A DNA stretch of 64,000 nucleotides from Eledone cirrhosa (lineage: Eukaryota): NCBI GenBank assembly GCA_964016885.1, contig OZ024740.1, positions 105,028,001 through 105,092,000 on the forward strand, given 5' to 3'. Position numbers and translations under genes: made by a program. Below, in pieces: positions 1 to 16,200 of this stretch; positions within the stretch are counted from its first letter, which is position 1, and each line of letters starts with the position of its first letter. The notes under the pieces are model-generated. The model was given only the letters and a program-made list of their open reading frames with translations, was not told the origin of the DNA and did not search any database.

Positions 1-1241
1 ATAATTCATATAGTCTAACTTTCATACACAACCACCTACCATCACATCTTACACATAATTCATATAGTCTAACTTTCATACACAACCATCTACCATCACA
101 TCTTACACATAATTCATATAGTCTAACTTTCATACACAACCATCTACCAACACATCTTACACATAATTCATATAGTCTAACTTTCATACACAACCATCTA
201 CCAACACATCTTACACATAATTCATATAGTCTAACTTTCACACACAATCATCTACCATCACACATCTTACACATAATTCATATAGTCTAACTTTCACACA
301 CAACCCTCTACCATCACATCTTACGCATAATTCATATAGTCTGACTTTCACACACAACCATCTACCATCACATCTTACACATAATTCATATAGTCTAACT
401 TTCACACACAACCATCTACCATCACATCTTACACATAATTCATATAGTCTAACTTTCATACACAACCATCTACCATCACACATCTTAAACATAATTCATA
501 TAGTCTAACTTTCATACACAATCATCTACCATCACATCTTACACATAATTCATATAGTCTAACTTTCACACACAACCATCTACCATCACATCTTACACAT
601 AATTCATATAGTCTCACTTTCATACACAACCATCTACCATCACCCATCTTACACATAATTCATATAGTCTAACTTTCACACACAACCATCTACCATCACA
701 TCTTACACATAATTCATATAATCTAACTTTCACACACAACCATCTACCATCACACATCTTACACATAATTCATATAGTCTGACTTTCATACCCAACGATC
801 TACCATCACCTTACACATAATTCATATATTCTAACTTTCACACACAACCATCTACCATCACATTTTACACATAATTCATATAGTCTAACTTTCACACACA
901 ACCATCTACCATCACATCTTACACATAATTCATATAGTCTGACTTTCACACACAACCATCTACCATCACATCTTACGCATAATTCATATAGTCTGACTTT
1001 CATACACAATCATCTACCATCACACATCTTACACATAATTCATATAGTCTAACTTTCACACACAACCATCTACCATCACATCTTACGCATAATTCATATA
1101 GTCTGACTTTCACACACAATCATCTACCATCACATCTTACACATAATTCATATAGTCTAACTTCCACACACAACCATCTACCATCACATCTTACACATAA
1201 TACTTATAGTCTAACTTTCATACACAATCATCTACCATCAT

Positions 1242-4200
1242 ACATCTTACACATAATTCATATAGTCTAACTTTCACACACAATCATCTACCATCACATC
1301 TTACACATAATTCATATAGTCTAACTTTCACACACAATCATCTACCATCACACATCTTACACATAATTCATATAGTCTAACTTTCACACACAATCATCTA
1401 CCATCACATCTTACACATAATTCATATAGTCTAACTTTCACACACAACCATCTACCATCACATCTTACACATAATTCATATAGTCTAACTTTCATACACA
1501 ATCATATACCATCATACATCTTACACATAATTCATATAGTCTAACTTTCACACACAATCATCTACCATCACATCTTACACATAATTCATATAGTCTAACT
1601 TTCACACACAACCATCTACCATCACATCTTACACATAATTCATATAGTCTAACTTTAACACACAATCATCTACCATCACACATCTTACACATAATTCATA
1701 TAGTCTAACTTTCATACACAACCATCTACCAACACATCTTACACATAATTCATATAGTCTAACTTTCACACACAACCATCTACCATCACATCTTACACAT
1801 AATTCATATAATCTAACTTTCATACACAACCATCTACCATCACATCTTACACATAATTCATATAGTCTAACTTTCATACACAATCATCTACCATCACATC
1901 TTACACATCATACATATAGTCTAACTTTCATGCACAACCATCTACCATCACATCTTACACATAATTCATATAGTCTAACTTTCATACACAACCATCTACC
2001 ATCACATCTTACACATAATTCATATAGTCTAACTTTCATACACAACCATCTACCATCACATCTTACACATAATTCATATAGTCTAACTTTCATACACAAA
2101 CATCTACCATCACATCTTACACATAATTCATAGAGTCTAACTTTCATACACAACCATCTACCATCACACATCTTACACATAATTCATATAGTCTAACTTT
2201 CACACACAACCATCTACCATCACACATCTTACACATAATTCATATAGTCTAACTTTCATACACAATCATCTACCATCACATCTTACACATAATCCATATA
2301 GTCTGACTTTCACACACAATCATCTACCATCACATCTTACACATAATTCATATAGTCTAACTTTCATACACAACCATCTACCATCACATCTTACACATAA
2401 TTCATATAATCTAACTTTCATACACAACCATCTACCATCACATCTTACACATAATTCATATAATCTAACTTTCATACACAACCATCTACCATCACATCTT
2501 ACACATAATACTTATAGTCTAACTTTCATACACAATCATCTACCATCATACATCTTACACATAATTCATATAGTCTAACTTTCACACACAATCATCTACC
2601 ATCACATCTTACACATAATTCATATAATCTAACTTTCATACACAACCATCTACCATCACATCTTACACATAATTCATATAATCTAACTTTCATACACAAT
2701 CATCTACCATCACATCTTACACATAATTCATATAGTCTAACTTTCACACACAATCATCTACCATCACACATCTTACACATAATTCATATATTTTTATTTT
2801 AACACACAATCATCTACCATCACATCTTACACATAATTCATATAGTCTAACTTTCACACACAACCATCTACCATCACATCTTACACATAATTCATATAGT
2901 CTAACTTTCACACACAACCATCTACCATCACATCTTACACATAATACTTATAGTCTAACTTTCATACACAATCATCTACCATCATACATCTTACACATAA
3001 TTCATATAGTCTAACTTTCACACACAATCATCTACCATCACATCTTACACATAATTCATATAGTCTAACTTTCACACACAATCATCTACCATCACACATC
3101 TTACACATAATTCATATAGTCTAACTTTCACACACAATCATCTACCATCACATCTTACACATAATTCATATAGTCTAACTTTCACACACAACCATCTACC
3201 ATCACATCTTACACATAATTCATATAGTCTAACTTTCACACACAATCATCTACCATCACACATCTTACACATAATTCATATAGTCTAACTTTCATACACA
3301 ACCATCTACCAACACATCTTACACATAATTAATATAGTCTAACTTTCACACACAACCATCTACCATCACATCTTACACATAATTCATATAATCTAACTTT
3401 CATACGCAACCATCTACCATCACATCTTACACATAATACTTATAGTCTAACTTTCATACACAATCATCTACCATCATACATCTTACACATAATTCATGTA
3501 GTCTAACTTTCACAAACAATCATCTACCATCACATCTTACACATAATTCATATAGTCTAACTTTCACACACAATCATCTACCATCACACATCTTACACAT
3601 AATTCATATAGTCTAACTTTCACACACAACCATCTACCATCACATCTTACACATAATTCATATAGTCTAACTTTCATACACAATCATCTACCATCACATC
3701 TTACACATAATACATATAGTCTAACTTTCATGCACAACCATCTACCATCACATCTTACACATAATTCATATAGTCTAACTTTCATACACAACCATCTACC
3801 ATCACATCTTACACGTAATTCATATAGTCTAACTTTCATACACAACCATCTACCATCACATCTTACACATAATTCATATAGTCTAACTTTCATACACAAC
3901 CATCTACCATCACATCTTACACATAATTCATATAGTCTAACTTTCACACACAACCATCTACCATCACACATCTTACACATAATTCATATAGTCTAACTTT
4001 CATACACAATCATCTACCATCACATCTTACACATAATTCATATAGTCTGACTTTCACACACAATCATCTACCATCACGTCTTACACATAATTCATATAGT
4101 CTGACTTTCATACACAACCATCTACCATCACATCTTACACATAATTCATATAATCTAACTTTCATACACAACCATCTACCATCACATCTTACACATAATT

Positions 4201-7200
4201 CATATAATCTAACTTTCATACACAACCATCTACCATCACATCTTACACATAATTCATATAATCTAACTTTCATACACAACCATCTACCATCACATCTTAC
4301 ACATAATTCATATAGTCTAACTTTCATACACAATCATCTACCATCACATCTTACACATAATTCATATAGTCTAACTTTCATACACAACCATCTACCATCA
4401 CATCTTACACATAATTCATATAGTCTAACTTTCATACACAACCATCTACCATCACATCTTACACATAATTCATATAGTCTAACTTTCATACACAACCATC
4501 TACCATCACATCTTACACATAATTCATATAATCTAACTTTCATACACAACCATCTACCATCACATCTTACACATAATTCATATAGTCTAACTTTCACACA
4601 CAACCATCTACCATCACACATCTTACACATAATTCATATAGTCTAACTTTCACACACAATCATCTACCATCACATCTTACACATAATTCATATAGTCTAA
4701 CTTTCACACACAATCATCTACCATCACACATCTTACACATAATTCATATAGTCTAACTTTCACACACAATCATCTACCATCACATCTTACACATAATTCA
4801 TATAGTCTAACTTTCACACACAACCATCTACCATCACATCTTACACATAATTCATATAGTCTAACTTTCATACACAATCATATACCATCATACATCTTAC
4901 ACATAATTCATATAGTCTAACTTTCACACACAATCATCTACCATCACATCTTACACATAATTCATATAGTCTAACTTTCACACACAACCATCTACCATCA
5001 CATCTTACACATAATTCATATAGTCTAACTTTAACACACAATCATCTACCATCACACATCTTACACATAATTCATATAGTCTAACTTTCATACACAACCA
5101 TCTACCAACACATCTTACACATAATTCATATAGTCTAACTTTCACACACAACCATCTACCATCACATCTTACACATAATTCATATAATCTAACTTTCATA
5201 CACAACCATCTACCATCACATCTTACACATAATTCATATAGTCTAACTTTCATACACAATCATCTACCATCACATCTTACACATCATACATATAGTCTAA
5301 CTTTCATGCACAACCATCTACCATCACATCTTACACATAATTCATATAGTCTAACTTTCATACACAACCATCTACCATCACATCTTACACATAATTCATA
5401 TAGTCTAACTTTCATACACAACCATCTACCATCACATCTTACACATAATTCATATAGTCTAACTTTCATACACAAACATCTACCATCACATCTTACACAT
5501 AATTCATAGAGTCTAACTTTCATACACAACCATCTACCATCACACATCTTACACATAATTCATATAGTCTAACTTTCACACACAACCATCTACCATCACA
5601 CATCTTACACATAATTCATATAGTCTAACTTTCATACACAATCATCTACCATCACATCTTACACATAATCCATATAGTCTGACTTTCACACACAATCATC
5701 TACCATCACATCTTACACATAATTCATATAGTCTAACTTTCATACACAACCATCTACCATCACATCTTACACATAATTCATATAATCTAACTTTCATACA
5801 CAACCATCTACCATCACATCTTACACATAATTCATATAATCTAACTTTCATACACAACCATCTACCATCACATCTTACACATAATACTTATAGTCTAACT
5901 TTCATACACAATCATCTACCATCATACATCTTACACATAATTCATATAGTCTAACTTTCACACACAATCATCTACCATCACATCTTACACATAATTCATA
6001 TAATCTAACTTTCATACACAACCATCTACCATCACATCTTACACATAATTCATATAATCTAACTTTCATACACAATCATCTACCATCACATCTTACACAT
6101 AATTCATATAGTCTAACTTTCACACACAATCATCTACCATCACACATCTTACACATAATTCATATATTTTTATTTTAACACACAATCATCTACCATCACA
6201 TCTTACACATAATTCATATAGTCTAACTTTCACACACAACCATCTACCATCACATCTTACACATAATTCATATAGTCTAACTTTCACACACAACCATCTA
6301 CCATCACATCTTACACATAATACTTATAGTCTAACTTTCATACACAATCATCTACCATCATACATCTTACACATAATTCATATAGTCTAACTTTCACACA
6401 CAATCATCTACCATCACATCTTACACATAATTCATATAGTCTAACTTTCACACACAATCATCTACCATCACACATCTTACACATAATTCATATAGTCTAA
6501 CTTTCACACACAATCATCTACCATCACATCTTACACATAATTCATATAGTCTAACTTTCACACACAACCATCTACCATCACATCTTACACATAATTCATA
6601 TAGTCTAACTTTCACACACAATCATCTACCATCACACATCTTACACATAATTCATATAGTCTAACTTTCATACACAACCATCTACCAACACATCTTACAC
6701 ATAATTAATATAGTCTAACTTTCACACACAACCATCTACCATCACATCTTACACATAATTCATATAATCTAACTTTCATACGCAACCATCTACCATCACA
6801 TCTTACACATAATACTTATAGTCTAACTTTCATACACAATCATCTACCATCATACATCTTACACATAATTCATGTAGTCTAACTTTCACAAACAATCATC
6901 TACCATCACATCTTACACATAATTCATATAGTCTAACTTTCACACACAATCATCTACCATCACACATCTTACACATAATTCATATAGTCTAACTTTCACA
7001 CACAACCATCTACCATCACATCTTACACATAATTCATATAGTCTAACTTTCATACACAATCATCTACCATCACATCTTACACATAATACATATAGTCTAA
7101 CTTTCATGCACAACCATCTACCATCACATCTTACACATAATTCATATAGTCTAACTTTCATACACAACCATCTACCATCACATCTTACACGTAATTCATA

Positions 7201-8028
7201 TAGTCTAACTTTCATACACAACCATCTACCATCACATCTTACACATAATTCATATAGTCTAACTTTCATACACAACCATCTACCATCACATCTTACACAT
7301 AATTCATATAGTCTAACTTTCACACACAACCATCTACCATCACACATCTTACACATAATTCATATAGTCTAACTTTCATACACAATCATCTACCATCACA
7401 TCTTACACATAATTCATATAGTCTGACTTTCACACACAATCATCTACCATCACGTCTTACACATAATTCATATAGTCTGACTTTCATACACAACCATCTA
7501 CCATCACATCTTACACATAATTCATATAATCTAACTTTCATACACAACCATCTACCATCACATCTTACACATAATTCATATAATCTAACTTTCATACACA
7601 ACCATCTACCATCACATCTTACACATAATTCATATAATCTAACTTTCATACACAACCATCTACCATCACATCTTACACATAATTCATATAGTCTAACTTT
7701 CATACACAATCATCTACCATCACATCTTACACATAATTCATATAGTCTAACTTTCATACACAACCATCTACCATCACATCTTACACATAATTCATATAGT
7801 CTAACTTTCATACACAACCATCTACCATCACATCTTACACATAATTCATATAGTCTAACTTTCATACACAACCATCTACCATCACATCTTACACATAATT
7901 CATATAATCTAACTTTCATACACAACCATCTACCATCACATCTTACACATAATTCATATAGTCTAACTTTCACACACAACCATCTACCATCACACATCTT
8001 ACACATAATTCATATAGTCTAACTTTCA
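1242..8028. repeat. Tandem block duplication, 3376-bp period
   Basis: ORF markers recur at +3376 (1629/5005, 1908/5284, 3684/7060, 4334/7710). The rare variant TATATTTTTATTTTAAC occurs at ~2787 and ~6163. Confidence 0.93.
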
Positions 8029-11000
8029 TACACAATCATCTACCATCACATCTTACACATAATTCATATAGTCTGACTTTCACACACAATTATCTACCAT
8101 CACATCTTACACATAATTCATATAGTCTAACTTTCATACACAACCATCTACCATCACACATCTTACACATAATTCATATAGTCTAACTTTCATACACAAT
8201 CATCTACCATCACATCTTACACATAATTCATATAGTCTGACTTTCACACGCAACCATCTACCATCACATCTTACACATAATTCATATAGTCTAACTTTCA
8301 CACACAACCATCTACCATCACACATAACCATCTACCATCACACATCTTACACATAATTCATATAGTCTAACTTTCATACACAACCATCTACCATCACATC
8401 TTACACATAATTCATATATTCTAACTTTCATACACAACCATCTACCAACACATCTTACACATAATTCATATAGTCTAACTTTCACACACAACCATCTACC
8501 ATCATACATCTTACACATAATTCATATAGTCTAACTTTCACACACAATCATCTACCATCACATCTTACACATAATTCATATAGTCTAACTTTCACACACA
8601 ATCATCTACCATCACACATCTTACACATAATTCATATAGTCTAACTTTCACACACAATCATCTACCATCACATCTTACACATAATTCATATAGTCTAACT
8701 TTCACACACAACCATCTACCATCACATCTTACACATAATTCATATAGTGTAACTTTCATACACAATCATCTACCATCATACATCTTACACATAATTCATA
8801 TAGTCTAACTTTCACACACAATCATCTACCATCACATCTTACACATAATTCATATAGTCTAACTTTCACACACAACCATCTACCATCACATCTTACACAT
8901 AATTCATATAGTCTAACTTTCACACACAATCATCTACCATCACACATCTTACACATAATTCATATAGTCTAACTTTCATACACAACCATCTACCAACACA
9001 TCTTACACATAATTCATATAGTCTAACTTTCACACACAACCATCTACCATCACATCTTACACATAATTCATATAATCTAACTTTCATACACAACCATCTA
9101 CCATCACATCTTACACATAATTCATATAATCTAACTTTCATACACAACCATCTACCAACACATCTTACACATAATTCATATAGTCTAACTTTCATACACA
9201 ATCATCTACCAACACATCTTACACATAATTCATATAGTCTAACTTTCATACACAACCATCTACCATCACATCTTACACATAATTCATATAGTCTAACTTT
9301 CATACACAATCATCTACCATCACATCTTACACATAATTCATATAGTCTGACTTTCACGCACAATCATCTACCATCACATCTTACACATAATTCATATAGT
9401 CTAACTTTCATACACAACCATCTACCATCACATCTTACACATAATTCATATAATCTAACTTTCATACACAACCATCTACCATCACATCTTACACATAATT
9501 CATATAGTCTAACTTTCATACACAACCATCTACCATCACACATCTTACACATAATTCATATAGTCTAACTTTCATACACAATCATCTACCATCACATCTT
9601 ACACATAATTCATGTAGTCTGACTTTCACACACAAGCATCTACCATCACATCTTACACATAATTCATATAGTCTAACTTTCACACACAACCATCTACCAT
9701 CACACATAACCATCTACCATCACACACCTTACACATAATTCGTATAGTCTAACTTTCATACACAACCATCTACCATCACATCTTACACATAATTCATATA
9801 GTCTAACTTTCATACACAACCATCTACCATCACATCTTACACATAATTCATATAGTCTAACTTTCACACACAATCATCTACCATCACACATCTTACACAT
9901 AATTCATATAGTCTAACTTTCATACACAACCATCTACCAACACATCTTACACATAATTAATATAGTCTAACTTTCACACACAACCATCTACCATCACATC
10001 TTACACATAATTCATATAATCTAACTTTCATACGCAACCATCTACCATCACATCTTACACATAATACTTATAGTCTAACTTTCATACACAATCATCTACC
10101 ATCATACATCTTACACATAATTCATGTAGTCTAACTTTCACAAACAATCATCTACCATCACATCTTACACATAATTCATATAGTCTAACTTTCACACACA
10201 ATCATCTACCATCACACATCTTACACATAATTCATATAGTCTAACTTTCACACACAACCATCTACCATCACATCTTACACATAATTCATATAGTCTAACT
10301 TTCACACACAACCATCTACCATCACACATCTTACACATAATTCATATAGTCTAACTTTCATACACAATCATCTACCATCACATCTTACACATAATTCATA
10401 TAGTCTGACTTTCACACACAATCATCTACCATCACGTCTTACACATAATTCATATAGTCTGACTTTCATACACAACCATCTACCATCACATCTTACACAT
10501 AATTCATATAATCTAACTTTCATACACAACCATCTACCATCACATCTTACACATAATTCATATAATCTAACTTTCATACACAACCATCTACCATCACATC
10601 TTACACATAATTCATATAATCTAACTTTCATACACAACCATCTACCATCACATCTTACACATAATTCATATAGTCTAACTTTCATACACAATCATCTACC
10701 ATCACATCTTACACATAATTCATATAGTCTAACTTTCATACACAACCATCTACCATCACATCTTACACATAATTCATATAGTCTAACTTTCATACACAAC
10801 CATCTACCATCACATCTTACACATAATTCATATAGTCTAACTTTCATACACAACCATCTACCATCACATCTTACACATAATTCATATAATCTAACTTTCA
10901 TACACAACCATCTACCATCACATCTTACACATAATTCATATAGTCTAACTTTCACACACAACCATCTACCATCACACATCTTACACATAATTCATATAGT

Positions 11001-14000
11001 CTAACTTTCATACACAATCATCTACCATCACATCTTACACATAATTCATATAGTCTGACTTTCACACACAATTATCTACCATCACATCTTACACATAATT
11101 CATATAGTCTAACTTTCATACACAACCATCTACCATCACACATCTTACACATAATTCATATAGTCTAACTTTCATACACAATCATCTACCATCACATCTT
11201 ACACATAATTCATATAGTCTGACTTTCACACACAACCATCTACCATCACATCTTACACATAATTCATATAGTCTAACTTTCACACACAACCATCTACCAT
11301 CACACATAACCATCTACCATCACACATCTTACACATAATTCATATAGTCTAACTTTCATACACAACCATCTACCATCACATCTTACACATAATTCATATA
11401 TTCTAACTTTCATACACAACCATCTACCAACACATCTTACACATAATTCATATAGTCTAACTTTCACACACAACCATCTACCATCATACATCTTACACAT
11501 AATTCATATAGTCTAACTTTCACACACAATCATCTACCATCACATCTTACACATAATTCATATAGTCTAACTTTCACACACAATCATCTACCATCACACA
11601 TCTTACACATAATTCATATAGTCTAACTTTCACACACAATCATCTACCATCACATCTTACACATAATTCATATAGTCTAACTTTCACACACAACCATCTA
11701 CCATCACATCTTACACATAATTCATATAGTGTAACTTTCATACACAATCATCTACCATCATACATCTTACACATAATTCATATAGTCTAACTTTCACACA
11801 CAATCATCTACCATCACATCTTACACATAATTCATATAGTCTAACTTTCACACACAACCATCTACCATCACATCTTACACATAATTCATATAGTCTAACT
11901 TTCACACACAATCATCTACCATCACACATCTTACACATAACTCATATAGTCTAACTTTCATACACAACCATCTACCAACACATCTTACACATAATTCATA
12001 TAGTCTAACTTTCACACACAACCATCTACCATCACATCTTACACATAATTCATATAATCTAACTTTCATACACAACCATCTACCATCACATCTTACACAT
12101 AATTCATATAATCTAACTTTCATACACAACCATCTACCAACACATCTTACACATAATTCATATAGTCTAACTTTCATACACAATCATCTACCAACACATC
12201 TTACACATAATTCATATAGTCTAACTTTCATACACAACCATCTACCATCACATCTTACACATAATTCATATAGTCTAACTTTCATACACAATCATCTACC
12301 ATCACATCTTACACATAATTCATATAGTCTGACTTTCACGCACAATCATCTACCATCACATCTTACACATAATTCATATAGTCTAACTTTCATACACAAC
12401 CATCTACCAACACATCTTACACATAATTCATATAGTCTAACTTTCACACACAACCATCTACCATCACATCTTACACATAATTCATATAATCTAACTTTCA
12501 TACACAACCATCTACCATCACATCTTACACATAATTCATATAATCTAACTTTCATACACAACCATCTACCAACACATCTTACACATAATTCATATAGTCT
12601 AACTTTCATACACAATCATCTACCAACACATCTTACACATAATTCATATAGTCTAACTTTCATACACAACCATCTACCATCACATCTTACACATAATTCA
12701 TATAGTCTAACTTTCATACACAATCATCTACCATCACATCTTACACATAATTCATATAGTCTGACTTTCACGCACAATCATCTACCATCACATCTTACAC
12801 ATAATTCATATAGTCTAACTTTCATACACAACCATCTACCATCACATCTTACACATAATTCATATAATCTAACTTTCATACACAACCATCTACCATCACA
12901 TCTTACACATAATTCATATAGTCTAACTTTCATACACAACCATCTACCATCACACATCTTACACATAATTCATATAGTCTAACTTTCATACACAATCATC
13001 TACCATCACATCTTACACATAATTCATGTAGTCTGACTTTCACACACAAGCATCTACCATCACATCTTACACATAATTCATATAGTCTAACTTTCACACA
13101 CAACCATCTACCATCACACATAACCATCTACCATCACACACCTTACACATAATTCGTATAGTCTAACTTTCATACACAACCATCTACCATCACATCTTAC
13201 ACATAATTCATATAGTCTAACTTTCATACACAACCATCTACCATCACATCTTACACATAATTCATATAGTCTAACTTTCACACACAATCATCTACCATCA
13301 CACATCTTACACATAATTCATATAGTCTAACTTTCATACACAACCATCTACCAACACATCTTACACATAATTAATATAGTCTAACTTTCACACACAACCA
13401 TCTACCATCACATCTTACACATAATTCATATAATCTAACTTTCATACGCAACCATCTACCATCACATCTTACACATAATACTTATAGTCTAACTTTCATA
13501 CACAATCATCTACCATCATACATCTTACACATAATTCATGTAGTCTAACTTTCACAAACAATCATCTACCATCACATCTTACACATAATTCATATAGTCT
13601 AACTTTCACACACAATCATCTACCATCACACATCTTACACATAATTCATATAGTCTAACTTTCACACACAACCATCTACCATCACATCTTACACATAATT
13701 CATATAGTCTAACTTTCACACACAACCATCTACCATCACACATCTTACACATAATTCATATAGTCTAACTTTCATACACAATCATCTACCATCACATCTT
13801 ACACATAATTCATATAGTCTGACTTTCACACACAATCATCTACCATCACGTCTTACACATAATTCATATAGTCTGACTTTCATACACAACCATCTACCAT
13901 CACATCTTACACATAATTCATATAATCTAACTTTCATACACAACCATCTACCATCACATCTTACACATAATTCATATAATCTAACTTTCATACACAACCA

Positions 14001-16200
14001 TCTACCATCACATCTTACACATAATTCATATAATCTAACTTTCATACACAACCATCTACCATCACATCTTACACATAATTCATATAGTCTAACTTTCATA
14101 CACAATCATCTACCATCACATCTTACACATAATTCATATAGTCTAACTTTCATACACAACCATCTACCATCACATCTTACACATAATTCATATAGTCTAA
14201 CTTTCATACACAACCATCTACCATCACATCTTACACATAATTCATATAGTCTAACTTTCATACACAACCATCTACCATCACATCTTACACATAATTCATA
14301 TAATCTAACTTTCATACACAACCATCTACCATCACATCTTACACATAATTCATATAGTCTAACTTTCACACACAACCATCTACCATCACACATCTTACAC
14401 ATAATTCATATAGTCTAACTTTCATACACAATCATCTACCATCACATCTTACACATAATTCATATAGTCTGACTTTCACACACAATTATCTACCATCACA
14501 TCTTACACATAATTCATATAGTCTAACTTTCATACACAACCATCTACCATCACACATCTTACACATAATTCATATAGTCTAACTTTCATACACAATCATC
14601 TACCATCACATCTTACACATAATTCATATAGTCTGACTTTCACACACAACCATCTACCATCACATCTTACACATAATTCATATAGTCTAACTTTCACACA
14701 CAACCATCTACCATCACACATAACCATCTACCATCACACATCTTACACATAATTCATATAGTCTAACTTTCATACACAACCATCTACCATCACATCTTAC
14801 ACATAATTCATATATTCTAACTTTCATACACAACCATCTACCAACACATCTTACACATAATTCATATAGTCTAACTTTCACACACAACCATCTACCATCA
14901 TACATCTTACACATAATTCATATAGTCTAACTTTCACACACAATCATCTACCATCACATCTTACACATAATTCATATAGTCTAACTTTCACACACAATCA
15001 TCTACCATCACACATCTTACACATAATTCATATAGTCTAACTTTCACACACAATCATCTACCATCACATCTTACACATAATTCATATAGTCTAACTTTCA
15101 CACACAACCATCTACCATCACATCTTACACATAATTCATATAGTGTAACTTTCATACACAATCATCTACCATCATACATCTTACACATAATTCATATAGT
15201 CTAACTTTCACACACAATCATCTACCATCACATCTTACACATAATTCATATAGTCTAACTTTCACACACAACCATCTACCATCACATCTTACACATAATT
15301 CATATAGTCTAACTTTCACACACAATCATCTACCATCACACATCTTACACATAATTCATATAGTCTAACTTTCATACACAACCATCTACCAACACATCTT
15401 ACACATAATTCATATAGTCTAACTTTCACACACAACCATCTACCATCACATCTTACACATAATTCATATAATCTAACTTTCATACACAACCATCTACCAT
15501 CACATCTTACACATAATTCATATAATCTAACTTTCATACACAACCATCTACCAACACATCTTACACATAATTCATATAGTCTAACTTTCATACACAATCA
15601 TCTACCAACACATCTTACACATAATTCATATAGTCTAACTTTCATACACAACCATCTACCATCACATCTTACACATAATTCATATAGTCTAACTTTCATA
15701 CACAATCATCTACCATCACATCTTACACATAATTCATATAGTCTGACTTTCACGCACAATCATCTACCATCACATCTTACACATAATTCATATAGTCTAA
15801 CTTTCATACACAACCATCTACCATCACATCTTACACATAATTCATATAATCTAACTTTCATACACAACCATCTACCATCACATCTTACACATAATTCATA
15901 TAGTCTAACTTTCATACACAACCATCTACCATCACACATCTTACACATAATTCATATAGTCTAACTTTCATACACAATCATCTACCATCACATCTTACAC
16001 ATAATTCATGTAGTCTGACTTTCACACACAAGCATCTACCATCACATCTTACACATAATTCATATAGTCTAACTTTCACACACAACCATCTACCATCACA
16101 CATAACCATCTACCATCACACACCTTGCACATAATTCGTATAGTCTAACTTTCATACACAACCATCTACCATCACATCTTACACATAATTCATATAGTCT
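7300..16200. repeat. Three tandem copies of a ~3-kb block (periods 2982 and 3414 = 2982 + 432)
   Basis: Markers at 7440/10422/13836, 8318/11300/14714 and 8920/11902/15316. The middle copy carries an extra 8-monomer duplication. Confidence 0.9.
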
